Positions 18,821-29,617 of a DNA stretch of 64,000 nucleotides are shown one piece after another (the stretch's first letter is position 1; every line of letters starts with the position of its first letter). The stretch is taken from contig CAVZZO010000001.1 of NCBI GenBank assembly GCA_963779755.1, positions 96,001 through 160,000 of the forward strand, given 5' to 3'. The stretch is from an uncultured Gemmatimonadales bacterium. GTDB lineage: Bacteria; Gemmatimonadota; Gemmatimonadetes; Gemmatimonadales; GWC2-71-9. A program made the position numbers and the translations under genes. A model generated the notes under the pieces. It was given only the letters and a program-made list of their open reading frames with translations. It ran no database searches and had not been told where the DNA came from.

Positions 18821-20695
18821 ATGACAGACACGGCTGAAAAACCCCTCGCCGCGCGGCTGAACCAGGTGCTCGGCGATGCCTACACGATCGAGGGGGAAAT
18901 CGGTCGTGGGGGTATGGGCGTCGTGTACCGTGCCCGGGACGAGCGGCTGCAGCGCCGGGTCGCCATCAAGGTCCTCCCGCCGGAACTCGCCTTCCAGGCC
19001 GATATCCGCGAGCGCTTCACCCGTGAAGCGCAGACCGCGGCGCGCCTCTCGCACCCGCACGTGGTGCCGATCTACACCGTCGGCGAGGGCAACTCGCTGG
19101 TCTATTTCATCATGAACTATGTCGAGGGCGAATCGCTCTCGGCGCGGCTCAAGCGGCGGGGGCAGCTGCCGGCAGAGGAAGTCCGCCGGATCATGAAGGA
19201 AACGGCCGACGCGCTGGGGGCCGCCCATGCCCTCGGCATCATTCACCGCGATATCAAACCGGACAACATCCTGCTGGAAGGGACCCGGGGCCGGGTCATG
19301 GTGACCGACTTCGGTATCGCCAAGGCGTTGTCCTCCGTCTCCGGCGCCACCCTGACCAGCGCCGGTGTGGCCATCGGGACGCCCTCCTACATGAGCCCGG
19401 AGCAGGCCGCGGGGGAGAAGCAGATCGACGGCCGCTCCGATCTCTACAGCCTGGGCGTGGTCGGCTTCCAGATGTCCACCGCCGACCTGCCGTTCAAGGC
19501 GCCCACGGTGGCCGGCATCCTGATGAAGCAGATCACCGAGGTGGCGCCGCCGGTCAGCACGCGTCGTAGCGATTTCCCCGGCGACCTGGATCTGGCCATC
19601 AGCCGCTGCCTGGAGAAAGACCCGGAGAATCGCTGGCCCACGGCCGACGCGCTGCGCCGGGCACTGGAGAGCCGGACCGTTACGGGCTATCGGCCCACCG
19701 GCACCACCCGGGCGGCCCAGCGCAGCGCGCGCCGGTCATCCGGCTATGCGCCGGCCGGCCCGCCCCTGCCCGCGCCCCGGGCGCCCCGGTCCCCCCGGGC
19801 CCGGCCCGGCTCCCCGCCCGACCGTCCCTCGCGGCACCGTTCGCTCCGGGACCGGGAACGCGAGGAAAAGCTCCCGGAAACGGGCGAGCCGCCGATTGTG
19901 CGGCGGGTGCGCGACCGGTTCGCCAAGTGGGCGGCGGTGACGGGCGGCTGCCTCATGATCAACCTCGCCACTGATATCAGCCACCCCTGGTTTCTGCTGG
20001 TGGCGGGCGGCATGGGCATCGGCCTGCTCAAGGAGTATGCCCAGCTCTGGCAGGCGGGCTACAGTTGGCGGGATGTGCTGAACCGGCCGCCGGCGCACGA
20101 CTCCATCGACCGCACGCTGCTGGGAAAAGGGGGCAAGCTGCCGCGGCAGTTGCCGGTGCCCACCGCGGCCGATGTGGGCCTCTATGCCGGGGCGCTGCGC
20201 CAGGCGCGGGGCGACCGGGAGGCCATCCTCAAGCTCATCGAGCGGCTCTCGGAATCCGAGCGCAAGATGCTCCCGGACGACGTGGTACAGACGGTCGATT
20301 CGCTGTACCAGCGCGCGCTGGAGCTGGCCAAGACGCTGCACGCGATGGACCTGAACCTGGACACCCAGGAGATCACCAACATCGACGATCGCATCGCGGC
20401 CATCCAGCGCGAACCGGAAGACGAAGAAAAAGAGCGCCGGCTGGCTCTGCTGGAGAGCAAGAAGCGCAAGATGCTGGAGCTGCAGCAGCGGCGCGAGCAG
20501 GTTTCCCGCCACATGGACTCCTGCATGCTGGCCATGCAGAACGTGCGGTTCGATCTCCTGCGCCTGCGCTCCGCCGACGCCGGCTCGGCGCTGGGCGATC
20601 TCACCCAGGCCACGCAGCAGGCCCGCGCGCTGGGACGGGACGTGGACGTGGCGATCGCCGCGGCGGCGGAGATCCGGGAGGCGCTGGAAGGGTAG
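18821..20695 (+). CDS. Hanks-type Ser/Thr protein kinase with a 2TM-like hairpin and a C-terminal coiled coil
   Basis: GRGGMGVVY, VAIK, HRDIKPDN, DFG, GTPSYMSPEQ, DLYSLG; hydrophobic hairpin LMINL...WFLL..GMGIGLL. Confidence 0.92.
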   Translation: MTDTAEKPLAARLNQVLGDAYTIEGEIGRGGMGVVYRARDERLQRRVAIKVLPPELAFQADIRERFTREAQTAARLSHPHVVPIYTVGEGNSLVYFIMNYVEGESLSARLKRRGQLPAEEVRRIMKETADALGAAHALGIIHRDIKPDNILLEGTRGRVMVTDFGIAKALSSVSGATLTSAGVAIGTPSYMSPEQAAGEKQIDGRSDLYSLGVVGFQMSTADLPFKAPTVAGILMKQITEVAPPVSTRRSDFPGDLDLAISRCLEKDPENRWPTADALRRALESRTVTGYRPTGTTRAAQRSARRSSGYAPAGPPLPAPRAPRSPRARPGSPPDRPSRHRSLRDREREEKLPETGEPPIVRRVRDRFAKWAAVTGGCLMINLATDISHPWFLLVAGGMGIGLLKEYAQLWQAGYSWRDVLNRPPAHDSIDRTLLGKGGKLPRQLPVPTAADVGLYAGALRQARGDREAILKLIERLSESERKMLPDDVVQTVDSLYQRALELAKTLHAMDLNLDTQEITNIDDRIAAIQREPEDEEKERRLALLESKKRKMLELQQRREQVSRHMDSCMLAMQNVRFDLLRLRSADAGSALGDLTQATQQARALGRDVDVAIAAAAEIREALEG

Positions 20696-20723
20696 GGATC
20701 GGGGATCGGGAATCGGGAAAGCA

Positions 20724-20755
20724 GAAACCCTCCGGGGCCATTACCGGAGGGTTTC
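20724..20755. terminator. Perfect 12-bp hairpin between convergent genes, flanked by heptamer repeats
   Basis: GAAACCCTCCGG, 8-nt loop, CCGGAGGGTTTC. Confidence 0.7.
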
Positions 20756-20794
20756 GATTACCGCCCTGATCCCTGGTGCCTGATTCCTGATCCC

Positions 20795-22921
20795 TTAGTA
20801 GGCCGCCATCTGCTCGATCGCTTCCCTCAGGTCGGACGTCTGCGGCAGGATCACGTCCTCCAGCTCCGGCGCGTAGGCTACGAAGGTATCGGCCGCGGCT
20901 ACCCGGCGCACGGGCGCGTCGAGCCAGGGGAAGGCCTCGTCGGCGATGCGGGCAGCGATCTCCGCCCCGTACCCCCACGACAGCGAATCTTCGTAGGCCA
21001 CGATGACCTTGCTGGTCTTGCGGACGGACTCGTAGATCGTCTCCCAGTCCACCGGGCTCAGCGAGCGCAGGTCGATGACCTCGGTCCGGATCCCCCGGCT
21101 TTCCTCCAGCTCCTTGGCGGCGGTCACGGCGCGCTGCACCACGGCCCCGTAGGTCACCACCGTCAGGTCGGCTCCCTCCCGCACGACCTTGGCCTTGCCG
21201 AACGGGATCATGAAGTTGGGTCCCGGATACGGCGCCTTGTTGTAGGTCTGCCGGTAGAGGTGCTTGTGCTCCAGGAAGAGCACCGGATCGTCGCAGCGGA
21301 TGGCGGTGCGCAGCAGACCGTTGGCGTCGAGCGCGGTGGCGGGGCAGATCACCCGGAGCCCGGGAATACTGGTGAAGACGACGGCTCCGGTCTGCGAATG
21401 GTAGATCGCGCCGCCCTTCAGGTACCCGCCGTAGGTTACCCGCACCACCGCCGGCGCGCTGAAGGCGTTGTTGCTGCGCCAGCGCATGAGCGCCAGTTCG
21501 TTGCGCATCTGCATGTAGGCCGGCCAGATGTAGTCGAAGAACTGGATCTCGACCACCGGCCGGAGCCCCCGGGTGGCCAGGCCGATCGCGCGCCCTACGA
21601 TATTGGCTTCGGCCAGGGGCGAGTTGTACACCCGGTTGCTGCCGAACTGCTTCTGCAGCCCCCAGGTAACCTTGAAGACGCCGCCCTTGCCCTTCACATC
21701 CTTGAGATGCTCTTCCCGGCTGGCGTCGGCCACGTCCTCGCCGAAAACGAGGATGGCCGGATCGCGGGCCATCTCGTCCTTCAGACAGGCATTGAGCAGA
21801 TCCACCATGGTGGTGGGATCGCCGGTGAACTTCGGGTCGTCCTCGGTGTCGAACTGCTCGGAGGTAGGATCAACGTCGGGCGAATAGATGTACTGGTAGA
21901 TGGTCTCCGGGCCGGGCTGCGGGGCCGCCAGCGCAACCTCGGTGGCCGCCTGGATCTCTTCTTCCACCGCCGCCCTGATGCTCTCGAGCTCCGCCTCGGT
22001 GGCCAGCCCCTCGTCGATCAGCCGGCGGGGGTAGGTCACCACCGGATCGCGCGCCGCGTCCCGCTCCCGCTCGCTGGGCGGCCGGTACTGGACCTCGTCA
22101 TCGGACAGCGAATGGCTGTAGGGCCGGATGACGTGAGCATGCACCAGAGCCGGGCCCTTGCGCTGGCGCGCGTACTCGAAGGCGCGGGAGAGGGCTTCAT
22201 AGGACGCGATGGGATCGCAGCCGTCCACCTCTTCCACGTGGAGGGATGGAAACCCCGATACCAGCTTCGAGATCGACCCGCCGGCGGTGTTTACCTCCAC
22301 CGGCACCGAAATGGCATAGCCGTTGTCTTCCACCAGGTAGACGATCGGCAGCTTCAGGTTGCAGGCGCTGTTGAGCGACTCCCAGAATTCGCCCTCGCTG
22401 GTGGTGCCGTCGCCGGTGGAGCAGAGCACGACCTCGTCCTTCTTCATGAGCTCGTCGCGCCCGGGAATGTCTTCGTTCCGGGAATAGCGCAGCCAGGCCT
22501 CCGCGGCGCCCACCGCCTGGAGGAACTGGGTCCCGGTGGGGCTGGAGGCGCTCACGATGTTGAGGTCTTTCCGGCCCCAGTGGGAGGGCATCTGGCGCCC
22601 GCCGCTGTTGGGATCGTCGGCCGCCGCCACCGCCGAGAGGAGCTGTTCCGCGGCGGTCATCCCCAGGCCGATGCAGAGGGCCCGGTCACGGTAGTAGGTG
22701 TAGAACCAGTCGTAGCCGGGCCGGAAGACCCTCGCGGCCGCCGCCAGCACCGCTTCATGCCCCGCCCCGGAGATCTGGAAGAAGATCTTGTTCTGCCGCT
22801 TGAGCTGGATCTCCTTGTCGTCCAGCCTCCGGGAAAGGAGGATGATCCGGTAGAGCTCCAGCAGCTCCTGCTTCTCGAGCTTGCCGGCGGCCTGGGGCCG
22901 CGGAGAGGTTCTGGTAGCCAT
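20795..22921 (-). CDS. 2-oxoacid (probably branched-chain) dehydrogenase E1, fused alpha and beta subunits
   Basis: [14 protein letters not shown]...N TPP motif, HSLSDD, then GEDV, PLAE, EIQFFDY and FLEHK beta-subunit motifs. Confidence 0.93.
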   Translation of the reverse strand: MATRTSPRPQAAGKLEKQELLELYRIILLSRRLDDKEIQLKRQNKIFFQISGAGHEAVLAAAARVFRPGYDWFYTYYRDRALCIGLGMTAAEQLLSAVAAADDPNSGGRQMPSHWGRKDLNIVSASSPTGTQFLQAVGAAEAWLRYSRNEDIPGRDELMKKDEVVLCSTGDGTTSEGEFWESLNSACNLKLPIVYLVEDNGYAISVPVEVNTAGGSISKLVSGFPSLHVEEVDGCDPIASYEALSRAFEYARQRKGPALVHAHVIRPYSHSLSDDEVQYRPPSERERDAARDPVVTYPRRLIDEGLATEAELESIRAAVEEEIQAATEVALAAPQPGPETIYQYIYSPDVDPTSEQFDTEDDPKFTGDPTTMVDLLNACLKDEMARDPAILVFGEDVADASREEHLKDVKGKGGVFKVTWGLQKQFGSNRVYNSPLAEANIVGRAIGLATRGLRPVVEIQFFDYIWPAYMQMRNELALMRWRSNNAFSAPAVVRVTYGGYLKGGAIYHSQTGAVVFTSIPGLRVICPATALDANGLLRTAIRCDDPVLFLEHKHLYRQTYNKAPYPGPNFMIPFGKAKVVREGADLTVVTYGAVVQRAVTAAKELEESRGIRTEVIDLRSLSPVDWETIYESVRKTSKVIVAYEDSLSWGYGAEIAARIADEAFPWLDAPVRRVAAADTFVAYAPELEDVILPQTSDLREAIEQMAAY

Positions 22922-22943
22922 AGAAGGAAAATAGGCCGGGAGT

Positions 22944-22971
22944 GGGGAACGGGGAACAGCCCCCGTTCCCC
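22944..22971. repeat. Perfect 11-bp hairpin in the leader of the E1 gene
   Basis: GGGGAACGGGG-AACAGC-CCCCGTTCCCC. Confidence 0.8.
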
Positions 22972-23102
22972 GCCGGGGCTACCTCCCGAGGAGAGCGTCG
23001 CTGTGCCATCGGCTGCGCACCCGGTCGAAGGGCGGCTTGCCAGCGGTCCGGCGAGCGGATCCAGCTTTCCAGGGCCGCAGGTGGAGAGGGGAACCGGCCA
23101 GG

Positions 23103-24776
23103 TCATTCCTTCACTTGGTATACCACCTTCCCGCCTACGATCGTGGCTTTCACCCTGGTATCCCCGATGGTGGCGGGGGGGATGGCGGTGAGATCGCGGT
23201 CCAGCAGAACCAGATCGGCCAAGGCGCCCGGACGCAGCATGCCGCGGTCCTGCTCGGCGAAAGCGGCGTAGGCCGGTTCGTAGGTGTAGCCGTGGAGGGC
23301 TTCCTCCACCGTAATCTTCTGCTCCGGCACCCAGCCTTCGGGGTTCTTGCCGTCCAGGGTCCGGCGGGTCACCGCGGCATAGATGCCCTGGATCGGATCG
23401 AGCGTGGCGACCGTCCAGTCGGAGCCGAACGCCACATGGGCGCCCTGGTCCAGCAGCGAGCGGAAGGCGTAGGTGGTCTTGATCAGGTCGGGCCCGATGC
23501 GCTTGGCCGCCCAGCGGCCGTCGTCGATGGCGTGATAGGGCTGCATGGAGGCGATGTAGCCGTGCTCCGCCAGACGGGTGATGTCCTCGGGGCGCAAGTG
23601 CTGGGCGTGCTCGATGCGGAACCGGCGGTCGCGGGGGCCGTGGGCCTCCGCCAGGCTGTCGTAGATGTCCAGCAACAGCTCGTTCGCCGAATCGCCGATA
23701 GCGTGCACGGCGATCTGCAGGCCGGCGGAATCCGCCGAGCCGATCCAGCGCTTGAGCGAGTCCAGCGGGGTGACCATCAGCCCCCGCGTCGAGGGCTCAT
23801 CCAGATAGGGACGGGTGAGCAGCGCCGTGGCCGACCCGAGCGAGCCGTCCACGTACCCTTTCACGCCGGCCAGCCGGAGCCACCTGTCGCCCGGGCCGTC
23901 GGCGGCGACCGAATCGGCCACCCTGTGCCAGTCCTCCAGCGCCGGGTAGAGCGACACGCGGAGCGTGAGCCGGCCCTGATCGTGGGCCCGGCGCCAGGCC
24001 GCCACCTGGCCCCAGGGAACACTGACGGCGCTGACGCCGGTGATGCCCTTGCTGGCGGCGAATCGCATGGCCCGGGCAAGGGCGGAATCCTGCTGCTCCG
24101 GCGACGGCGCCGGCATGGCGGCGTACACCGGGTCCATGGCGTCATCCTTGAGGATCCCGGTGGGGCTGCCGTTCCGGTCCCGCACGATGGTTCCGCCGGG
24201 GATATCGGGCGTGCTGCGGTCGAGGTGGGCGGCCTTCAGGGCCAGGCTGTTGGCCAGCGCCATGTGGCCGTCGAGGCGGTTGACGAACACCGGATTGGCC
24301 GGCGTCACCGAGTCGATCCAGTCGCGCCGCGGCAGGGGCGAGCCGGGCCAGCGCTCGTGGTCCCAGTCGCCGCCCAGGATCCACTCGCCCGGCGGGATGG
24401 TTCGGACGTATTCCCTGAGCCGGCGGATGAACTCGGCCGGGCTGTCGGCGGTGCGGAGATCCACGTTGGTCAGCTGGAATCCGCCGTCGATGAAGTGGGT
24501 ATGGCTGTCGTTCAGGCCGGGGACCACCATGCCGCCGCCGTTGTCCATCCGCCGGGTGGCACTGCCGGCGTAGGCTTCCAGGTCGGCGCTGTCGCCGACC
24601 GCCAGGATGGTATCGCCGGCAAGGGCCACGGCCTGGGCCCAGGGGCGCTGATTGTCGCCGGTCCAGACCCGCCCGTAGACGATGGTATCGGCGCTCGGGC
24701 GGCTGGAGCCGCAGTCACTCAGCGTCATGCTGCCCAGCAGAGTCAGGGCGACGGCAGCGGTGCGGAAAGCAGGCAT
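23103..24776 (-). CDS. Exported metal-dependent amidohydrolase (YtcJ-like)
   Basis: Signal peptide; PGLNDSHTH, KGYVDGSLGS, HAIGD, RIEHAQ and FGSDW motifs. Confidence 0.92.
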   Translation of the reverse strand: MPAFRTAAVALTLLGSMTLSDCGSSRPSADTIVYGRVWTGDNQRPWAQAVALAGDTILAVGDSADLEAYAGSATRRMDNGGGMVVPGLNDSHTHFIDGGFQLTNVDLRTADSPAEFIRRLREYVRTIPPGEWILGGDWDHERWPGSPLPRRDWIDSVTPANPVFVNRLDGHMALANSLALKAAHLDRSTPDIPGGTIVRDRNGSPTGILKDDAMDPVYAAMPAPSPEQQDSALARAMRFAASKGITGVSAVSVPWGQVAAWRRAHDQGRLTLRVSLYPALEDWHRVADSVAADGPGDRWLRLAGVKGYVDGSLGSATALLTRPYLDEPSTRGLMVTPLDSLKRWIGSADSAGLQIAVHAIGDSANELLLDIYDSLAEAHGPRDRRFRIEHAQHLRPEDITRLAEHGYIASMQPYHAIDDGRWAAKRIGPDLIKTTYAFRSLLDQGAHVAFGSDWTVATLDPIQGIYAAVTRRTLDGKNPEGWVPEQKITVEEALHGYTYEPAYAAFAEQDRGMLRPGALADLVLLDRDLTAIPPATIGDTRVKATIVGGKVVYQVKE

Positions 24777-24788
24777 GCGAAAGCGGCC

Positions 24789-25037
24789 TCAACGGAGTTT
24801 GGTGAGCCGCCGGAGCGCCTCCAGGCGTTCCAGCGCGTTGGTGGTCTGCGCGGCCGGCGCGGGGCCGCCGGCAAGCAGATCGCGGACATCGAGCAGAACT
24901 TCCATCATCAGCTGGTCGCGGAGAAACCCCCAGTCCAGCTCTTCCATCCGTTTCTGCGACTCCTCGGCCCGGGCGCGCTCGTACGCCTCGCGGTAGGCGG
25001 TTTCCAGGTTCGCCAGGATGCGGTCGCGGGAGCGCAT
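24789..25037 (-). CDS. Small helical hypothetical protein (82 aa)
   Basis: MRSRDRILANLE... with host-like codon use, 12 nt upstream of the co-oriented amidohydrolase. Confidence 0.65.
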   Translation of the reverse strand: MRSRDRILANLETAYREAYERARAEESQKRMEELDWGFLRDQLMMEVLLDVRDLLAGGPAPAAQTTNALERLEALRRLTKLR

Positions 25038-25171
25038 AGCAGGTCCGGGAGTTGGGGTCGGAACGGCCCGTCCGGCGGGAGATGTGCAGACCGGGGTCGG
25101 GGTATAGCTTACATCATCCGGTGGCCCGGTGCTACCGACCACGGCCGCTCCGGCCCCAACCCATCCCGTCC

Positions 25172-25738
25172 ATGCGACTCACCGGCAAGCAGATCCTGAT
25201 CTTTGCGGGACCGCTCTATGAAGAGCTGGAGCTCTGGTATCCCCGGCTGCGGCTGGAGGAGGAAGGGGCGCGGGTCACGGTGGCCGGCACGGGCGAAAGC
25301 GAGTACCGGGGCCAGCACGGTTATCCCGTGCGGGTGGACGGCGATATCTCCCACCTGCGGCCGGCCGATTACGACGGCCTGGTCATTCCGGGCGGCTACG
25401 CGCCCGACGTGCTCCGCCGCTCGGAGCGGGTGCTGCAGATGACCCGGGAGCTGTTCCATACCGGCAAACCGGTGGGCATCATCTGCCATGCCGGCTGGGT
25501 GGCCATCTCGGCCGGCATCGTGCGGGGGCGGCGGGGCACCAGCTTCGCTTCACTCAAGGACGACCTGGTCAACGCCGGGCTCATCTGGGAGAACAGTCCC
25601 GTGGTGGTGGACGGCAACCTGATCTCCTCCCGCAGCCCGCTCGATCTGCCCCAGTTCATGCGGGCGATGATCGAGGCCCTGTCCGGCAACCGGTCCGGCG
25701 TGTCCCTGATGGGGCCGGCGGTGAGCCGGCGAAGCTAG
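25172..25738 (+). CDS. PfpI/DJ-1 family type 1 glutamine amidotransferase-like protein
   Basis: YEELELWYP, IPGGYAPD, ICHAG and VVDGNLISSR motifs. Confidence 0.92.
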   Translation: MRLTGKQILIFAGPLYEELELWYPRLRLEEEGARVTVAGTGESEYRGQHGYPVRVDGDISHLRPADYDGLVIPGGYAPDVLRRSERVLQMTRELFHTGKPVGIICHAGWVAISAGIVRGRRGTSFASLKDDLVNAGLIWENSPVVVDGNLISSRSPLDLPQFMRAMIEALSGNRSGVSLMGPAVSRRS

Positions 25739-25774
25739 GAAAAGGGCCGGAACCGGGAGAAACCTACGGAGTCC

Positions 25775-26095
25775 CTACTCCCGTTTCCGGGTCCAGCGCC
25801 CGGCGTCGCGCGTTTCCACTTTCTCCATCATCCGGTCGAAGGCCGCCTGCAGGTCGATCCCTTCACGGTTGGCCATGCAGATAAGCACGAAGACAATATC
25901 GGCCATCTCCATGCCGAGGTCCGCGTCCGCCTCCCCGGGTTTCTTGGTTTTCTGCCCGAAGCGGTGATTCACCTCCCGCGCCAGCTCTCCCACCTCTTCC
26001 GCCAGCCGGGCCATGTTGGTAAGCGGATCGAAGTAGCCTTCCTCGAATTGGCGGATCCACTGATCGACGCGCTGCTGAACGACATTCAGAGACAT
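25775..26095 (-). CDS. MazG-like nucleotide pyrophosphohydrolase (YpjD family)
   Basis: ARLAEEVGELAREVNH, EMADIVF and RDAGRW. Confidence 0.9.
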   Translation of the reverse strand: MSLNVVQQRVDQWIRQFEEGYFDPLTNMARLAEEVGELAREVNHRFGQKTKKPGEADADLGMEMADIVFVLICMANREGIDLQAAFDRMMEKVETRDAGRWTRKRE

Positions 26096-26096
26096 A

Positions 26097-26124
26097 GAGG
26101 TCGGAGGTCGAAGGTCGAAGGTCA
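26097..26124. repeat. Heptamer tandem repeat (G/A)AGGTC(G/A) x4
   Basis: GAGGTCG GAGGTCG AAGGTCG AAGGTCA directly before the MazG-like start codon. Confidence 0.85.
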
Positions 26125-26143
26125 AACCGGCCGCCGCTCGCTG

Positions 26144-27052
26144 TTACTCCCATTCCCTCGGGGCGCTCTCCAGCTCCAGCAGCAGCTGGAGATAGCTGCC
26201 GTAGCGGCCTTCGGCGATGCGGCCCTCTTCCACCGCCGCCTGAACGGCGCAGCCGGGTTCGCCCCGGTGCAGGCAGTCGGGGAAGCGGCACCGGTCCAGC
26301 CAGGGCACCAGATCGGGAAAGCAGCGGGCCAGCTCGCGCGGCGGCACGCCCCAGATGCCGACCTCACTGAAGCCGGGGGTATCTACCAGGAAGCCGCCCG
26401 CGTCGAGCGGGACCATGACGGCGCTGACGGTGGTCTGCCGCCCCCGCCCGACCCGCTCGCTCACCGCGCCCACCCGCAGGTCGAACCCCGGCTGGATGGC
26501 GTTGACCAGGCGGCTCTTGCCCGCGCCGCTGGGCCCGGTGATCACGCTGGCACGACCCGCCAACTGGGCCCGGAGCCGGTCCAGGCCCTCTCCGGTTTCC
26601 ACGCTGGTGAGGAAGACCGTGTAGCCCGCGTTTTCGAACCGGGTGGCCAGCGCCGCGGCGGGAGCCAAGTCGGTCTTGTTGAGCACCACGGCGGCGGGCA
26701 GCTCATTCACCTCGGCGATCACCAGGAGCCGGTCGATCAGATGGGGCAGCGGCTCCGGATTGGCCGTCGCGGAGACGACGAGTACCAGATCCACGTTGGC
26801 GACGATGGGGCGTTCGCCCCGTCCCAGCGGGTCGCGCCGCTCCAGCAGGCTGTGGCGGGGCTCGACCGCCACGATACCGTGGGTTTGGCCCTCGGCCTCG
26901 GGATCGAGCTGCACCCGGTCGCCCACCACCACCCGCGGCATGTCCCGCTTCATCCGGCCACGCAGGATGGCCCGGACCGTCCCGGCCGGCGTGGCGACCA
27001 GGTAGCTGGAGCCTTCGCGCGCGAGCACCACGCCCTCGATCCGGCTCACCAT
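26144..27052 (-). CDS. rsgA: Ribosome small subunit-dependent GTPase A
   Basis: VVGDRV, NKTD, GPSGAGKS, GRQTT, DTPG and the CRFPDCLH..EPGC zinc finger. Confidence 0.95.
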   Translation of the reverse strand: MVSRIEGVVLAREGSSYLVATPAGTVRAILRGRMKRDMPRVVVGDRVQLDPEAEGQTHGIVAVEPRHSLLERRDPLGRGERPIVANVDLVLVVSATANPEPLPHLIDRLLVIAEVNELPAAVVLNKTDLAPAAALATRFENAGYTVFLTSVETGEGLDRLRAQLAGRASVITGPSGAGKSRLVNAIQPGFDLRVGAVSERVGRGRQTTVSAVMVPLDAGGFLVDTPGFSEVGIWGVPPRELARCFPDLVPWLDRCRFPDCLHRGEPGCAVQAAVEEGRIAEGRYGSYLQLLLELESAPREWE

Positions 27053-27360
27053 TCGGGGCTGCCCCGGCCGATCAGCTCGTCCAGCGCCGCCTTGACGTCG
27101 TAAAGCGACAGCAGCTTGAGCCGCTCCTCGGCTTCCTCGGGCGTCCCACCCCAGACCAGATACTCGGTCTCCAGATGGCCGGCGGGACGGTCGCCCTCGG
27201 GGGACCAGCGGACAAAGAGCAGGGCCGCCCCGTAACGGCCGCGCTCGTCCGGCGCCTCGGGCACGTAGACCCCGACGGAGTAGGCCGCCCCATCGCTGCC
27301 GCCGAACGCCGCAGCCCGGCCATGCAGCTGCATATAGCCGCCAAGGGTAATCTCGCTCAC
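27046..27360 (-). CDS. Hypothetical protein (104 aa)
   Basis: GTG start overlaps the proline dehydrogenase stop (GTGA) and its stop overlaps the rsgA start. Confidence 0.7.
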   Translation of the reverse strand: MSEITLGGYMQLHGRAAAFGGSDGAAYSVGVYVPEAPDERGRYGAALLFVRWSPEGDRPAGHLETEYLVWGGTPEEAEERLKLLSLYDVKAALDELIGRGSPEW

Positions 27361-28292
27361 CTGCCCCGCAGCTGCTCCTTCAGGATGTTGCCCAGCATGA
27401 ACGCGACATTGGCGGGCCGCTCCGCCAGCCGGCGCATGAGATAGGGATACCACTGCGTACCGAAGGGGATGTAGACGCGCAGGTTGAAACCCTCGCTCCG
27501 GAGCGCGTCCTGCAGGTCGCGCCGCACCCCATAGAGCATCTGGAACTCGAACCGGTCGGCCGCGATGTTCCGGCTCCGGACGAATTCGCGGGCCCGGGAG
27601 ATGATGGCCTCGTCGTGGGTGGCGATGGCCGGATAGTTGCCCCGCTCCAGCAGGCGCTCCATGAGCTGAACGTAGTTGCGATCGACGTCGGCCTTGGCGG
27701 GAAAGGCCACCTCGGGCGGTTCCAGGTAGGCTCCCTTGCACAGGCGGACGCGCACCCGGCGCTCGATCAGCCGTTCGACGTCCTGGCCGCTGCGCCGGAG
27801 GGACGACTGGATGACCACGCCGGTCACCTCGCGATAGGCCTCATAGAGCCGGTCGTGGAAGAGATGCAGTGTGCGCTCCGTATAGTCGGAGCTTTCCATG
27901 TCGATCCGGACGAAGTTGCCGTCCGCGCGGGCCCGGTCGAGAATGGCCGTGATGTTACGGTAGGCCACCTCCTCGCCGATATCCAGCCCCATCTGCGTCA
28001 GCTTGACCGAAACATTGGAGGCGACGCCGGTTTCCCGGATGGCGTCGAGGATCCGGAGATACTCGCCGCAGGCGGCATCGGCTTCTTCCGCCCGGGTCAC
28101 GCTCTCGCCCAGCAGATCGAGCGAGGTGGTGATGTCCCGGCGGTTCAACTCCCGGACCGCGGCCACGGCGGTGTCGATGGTCTCGCCGGCAACGAACCGG
28201 GAGGCGAAGCGACGTGCCAGGCCGTTGCGGCGCAGGAAATTGAATATGCCCTGCTGCTCGGAGAGCCAGAGAAAGGCCTTGCGCATATCCAC
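27357..28292 (-). CDS. Monofunctional proline dehydrogenase
   Basis: RFVAGE, DLLGE, SVKLT, RIDME, RLCKGAY, ATHD, FQMLYG and YLMRRLAERPAN. Confidence 0.95.
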   Translation of the reverse strand: MDMRKAFLWLSEQQGIFNFLRRNGLARRFASRFVAGETIDTAVAAVRELNRRDITTSLDLLGESVTRAEEADAACGEYLRILDAIRETGVASNVSVKLTQMGLDIGEEVAYRNITAILDRARADGNFVRIDMESSDYTERTLHLFHDRLYEAYREVTGVVIQSSLRRSGQDVERLIERRVRVRLCKGAYLEPPEVAFPAKADVDRNYVQLMERLLERGNYPAIATHDEAIISRAREFVRSRNIAADRFEFQMLYGVRRDLQDALRSEGFNLRVYIPFGTQWYPYLMRRLAERPANVAFMLGNILKEQLRGR

Positions 28293-28384
28293 CCTTGTTG
28301 GACGGTCGCCCTGGGAGAACCGCGACGCCGGACAGGCACGAAACTAGTCGGCGGCGGTACCCGGCGGGAGCCGGGAAGCCGATG

Positions 28385-29617
28385 TCAGGGAAGCACAGGC
28401 AGGGGCGCATCGTCGGCGGGGGCCCGGCCGGCGCCGGTGTAGCGGAGGAAATAGGAGCGGGCGCACTCCAGATCGGCCGGCAGCACGGCCGGCGCACCCA
28501 GCGCCGCTGCCCCTTCCAGACCCAGCTCGAACAATTGTCCGGCCCTCTCGCGCAGGCCCGCCGACACTCCGTCGCGGGCCGCCGGGGCGAGCTGTCCGGG
28601 ATCGGGCGCCCCCAGCAACTGCTCCGCGGCCGCGAAGGTGGGCGGATGAAAGAGCAAGCCGGCCAGCAGCACCACGGGCACGCCCAGCCATTCGAGCGGC
28701 AGGGCGTCGATGGCGCGTACCTCCAGGTAGCCCCCCCGCGGCCGGATTTCCGGGAAGAGGGTGCTGAGGTGCGCGTGCCAGTCGGCCAGGGAGGCCACTC
28801 CCGAGTCCCACCAGGAAAGGAAGGGGATGAAATCGGGGCCTTCGGCCAGCAGGAAGTCGGGAGCCTCGGCGGCAAAGACGAAATACTCGCCGACCGGGTC
28901 TTCCCCGCAGGGAAAGAGGCCGGTCCGCAGCGGGTCGACTTCCAGCCAGTTGGCCGCGCGGTAGCTGCGATAGCCGGTGGGCGCGCCCGCATAGACGCTG
29001 GAGTTCGCGAAGATTGCGGTCAGGTAGGGCGCGGCGGCGTTGAGCAGCCGCCAGCGATGAAAACCCGCGGCCTCGCAGTCCACGTTCACCTGCACCGAGG
29101 CGCTCTGCCGCATCATGCGCGCGCCGGCCGGCCCCAAGGTGTCGAAGTAGGCGGCCATGCGCCGGTAGCGGCGGCCCTCGAGCTGCTGGGGGACGGCCTC
29201 CAGGCCCAGCGCCGGATCCATCCCCATTGCCAGGAGTCCGATCCCCTCCGCAGCGGCCCGCGCCTGCATCGGGCCGGCCACCGCCCGCATGGCGTCAACG
29301 GCGCCGGAGGCACTCTGCCGCGGCTGCCCGCTCAATTCCACCTGGCCGCCGGGCTCCAGGGTGACCTCGCCAAAGTCCGGCACGGTAAACCGCGGCACGC
29401 CGCTGCCGGTCCGGCTCTCGGTCCAGCCCAGCGCCGACCCGTAGTCCGCCAGCCACTGGCGCATGGTCTCCAGGGAAACCGCGCCCCCTTCGGGTGTCCG
29501 GGGCAGCAGCTCGTATTCGATGCCGATGCGCGGTGGTGAGGCCGGGCCGCCCGGCCCGGCGAAGGCCCGCTGGTGCAGGTCGTCCAGCAGGTCGGAGCGG
29601 GACGGGAATTCGGTCAC
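28385..29617 (-). CDS. egtA: Glutamate-cysteine ligase family protein (EgtA-like)
   Basis: IGIEYE, TLEPGGQVELS, MMRQSASVQVNVD, HLSTLFPEIRPR and LEVRAID; GTGA overlap with the egtD stop. Confidence 0.85.
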   Translation of the reverse strand: MTEFPSRSDLLDDLHQRAFAGPGGPASPPRIGIEYELLPRTPEGGAVSLETMRQWLADYGSALGWTESRTGSGVPRFTVPDFGEVTLEPGGQVELSGQPRQSASGAVDAMRAVAGPMQARAAAEGIGLLAMGMDPALGLEAVPQQLEGRRYRRMAAYFDTLGPAGARMMRQSASVQVNVDCEAAGFHRWRLLNAAAPYLTAIFANSSVYAGAPTGYRSYRAANWLEVDPLRTGLFPCGEDPVGEYFVFAAEAPDFLLAEGPDFIPFLSWWDSGVASLADWHAHLSTLFPEIRPRGGYLEVRAIDALPLEWLGVPVVLLAGLLFHPPTFAAAEQLLGAPDPGQLAPAARDGVSAGLRERAGQLFELGLEGAAALGAPAVLPADLECARSYFLRYTGAGRAPADDAPLPVLP

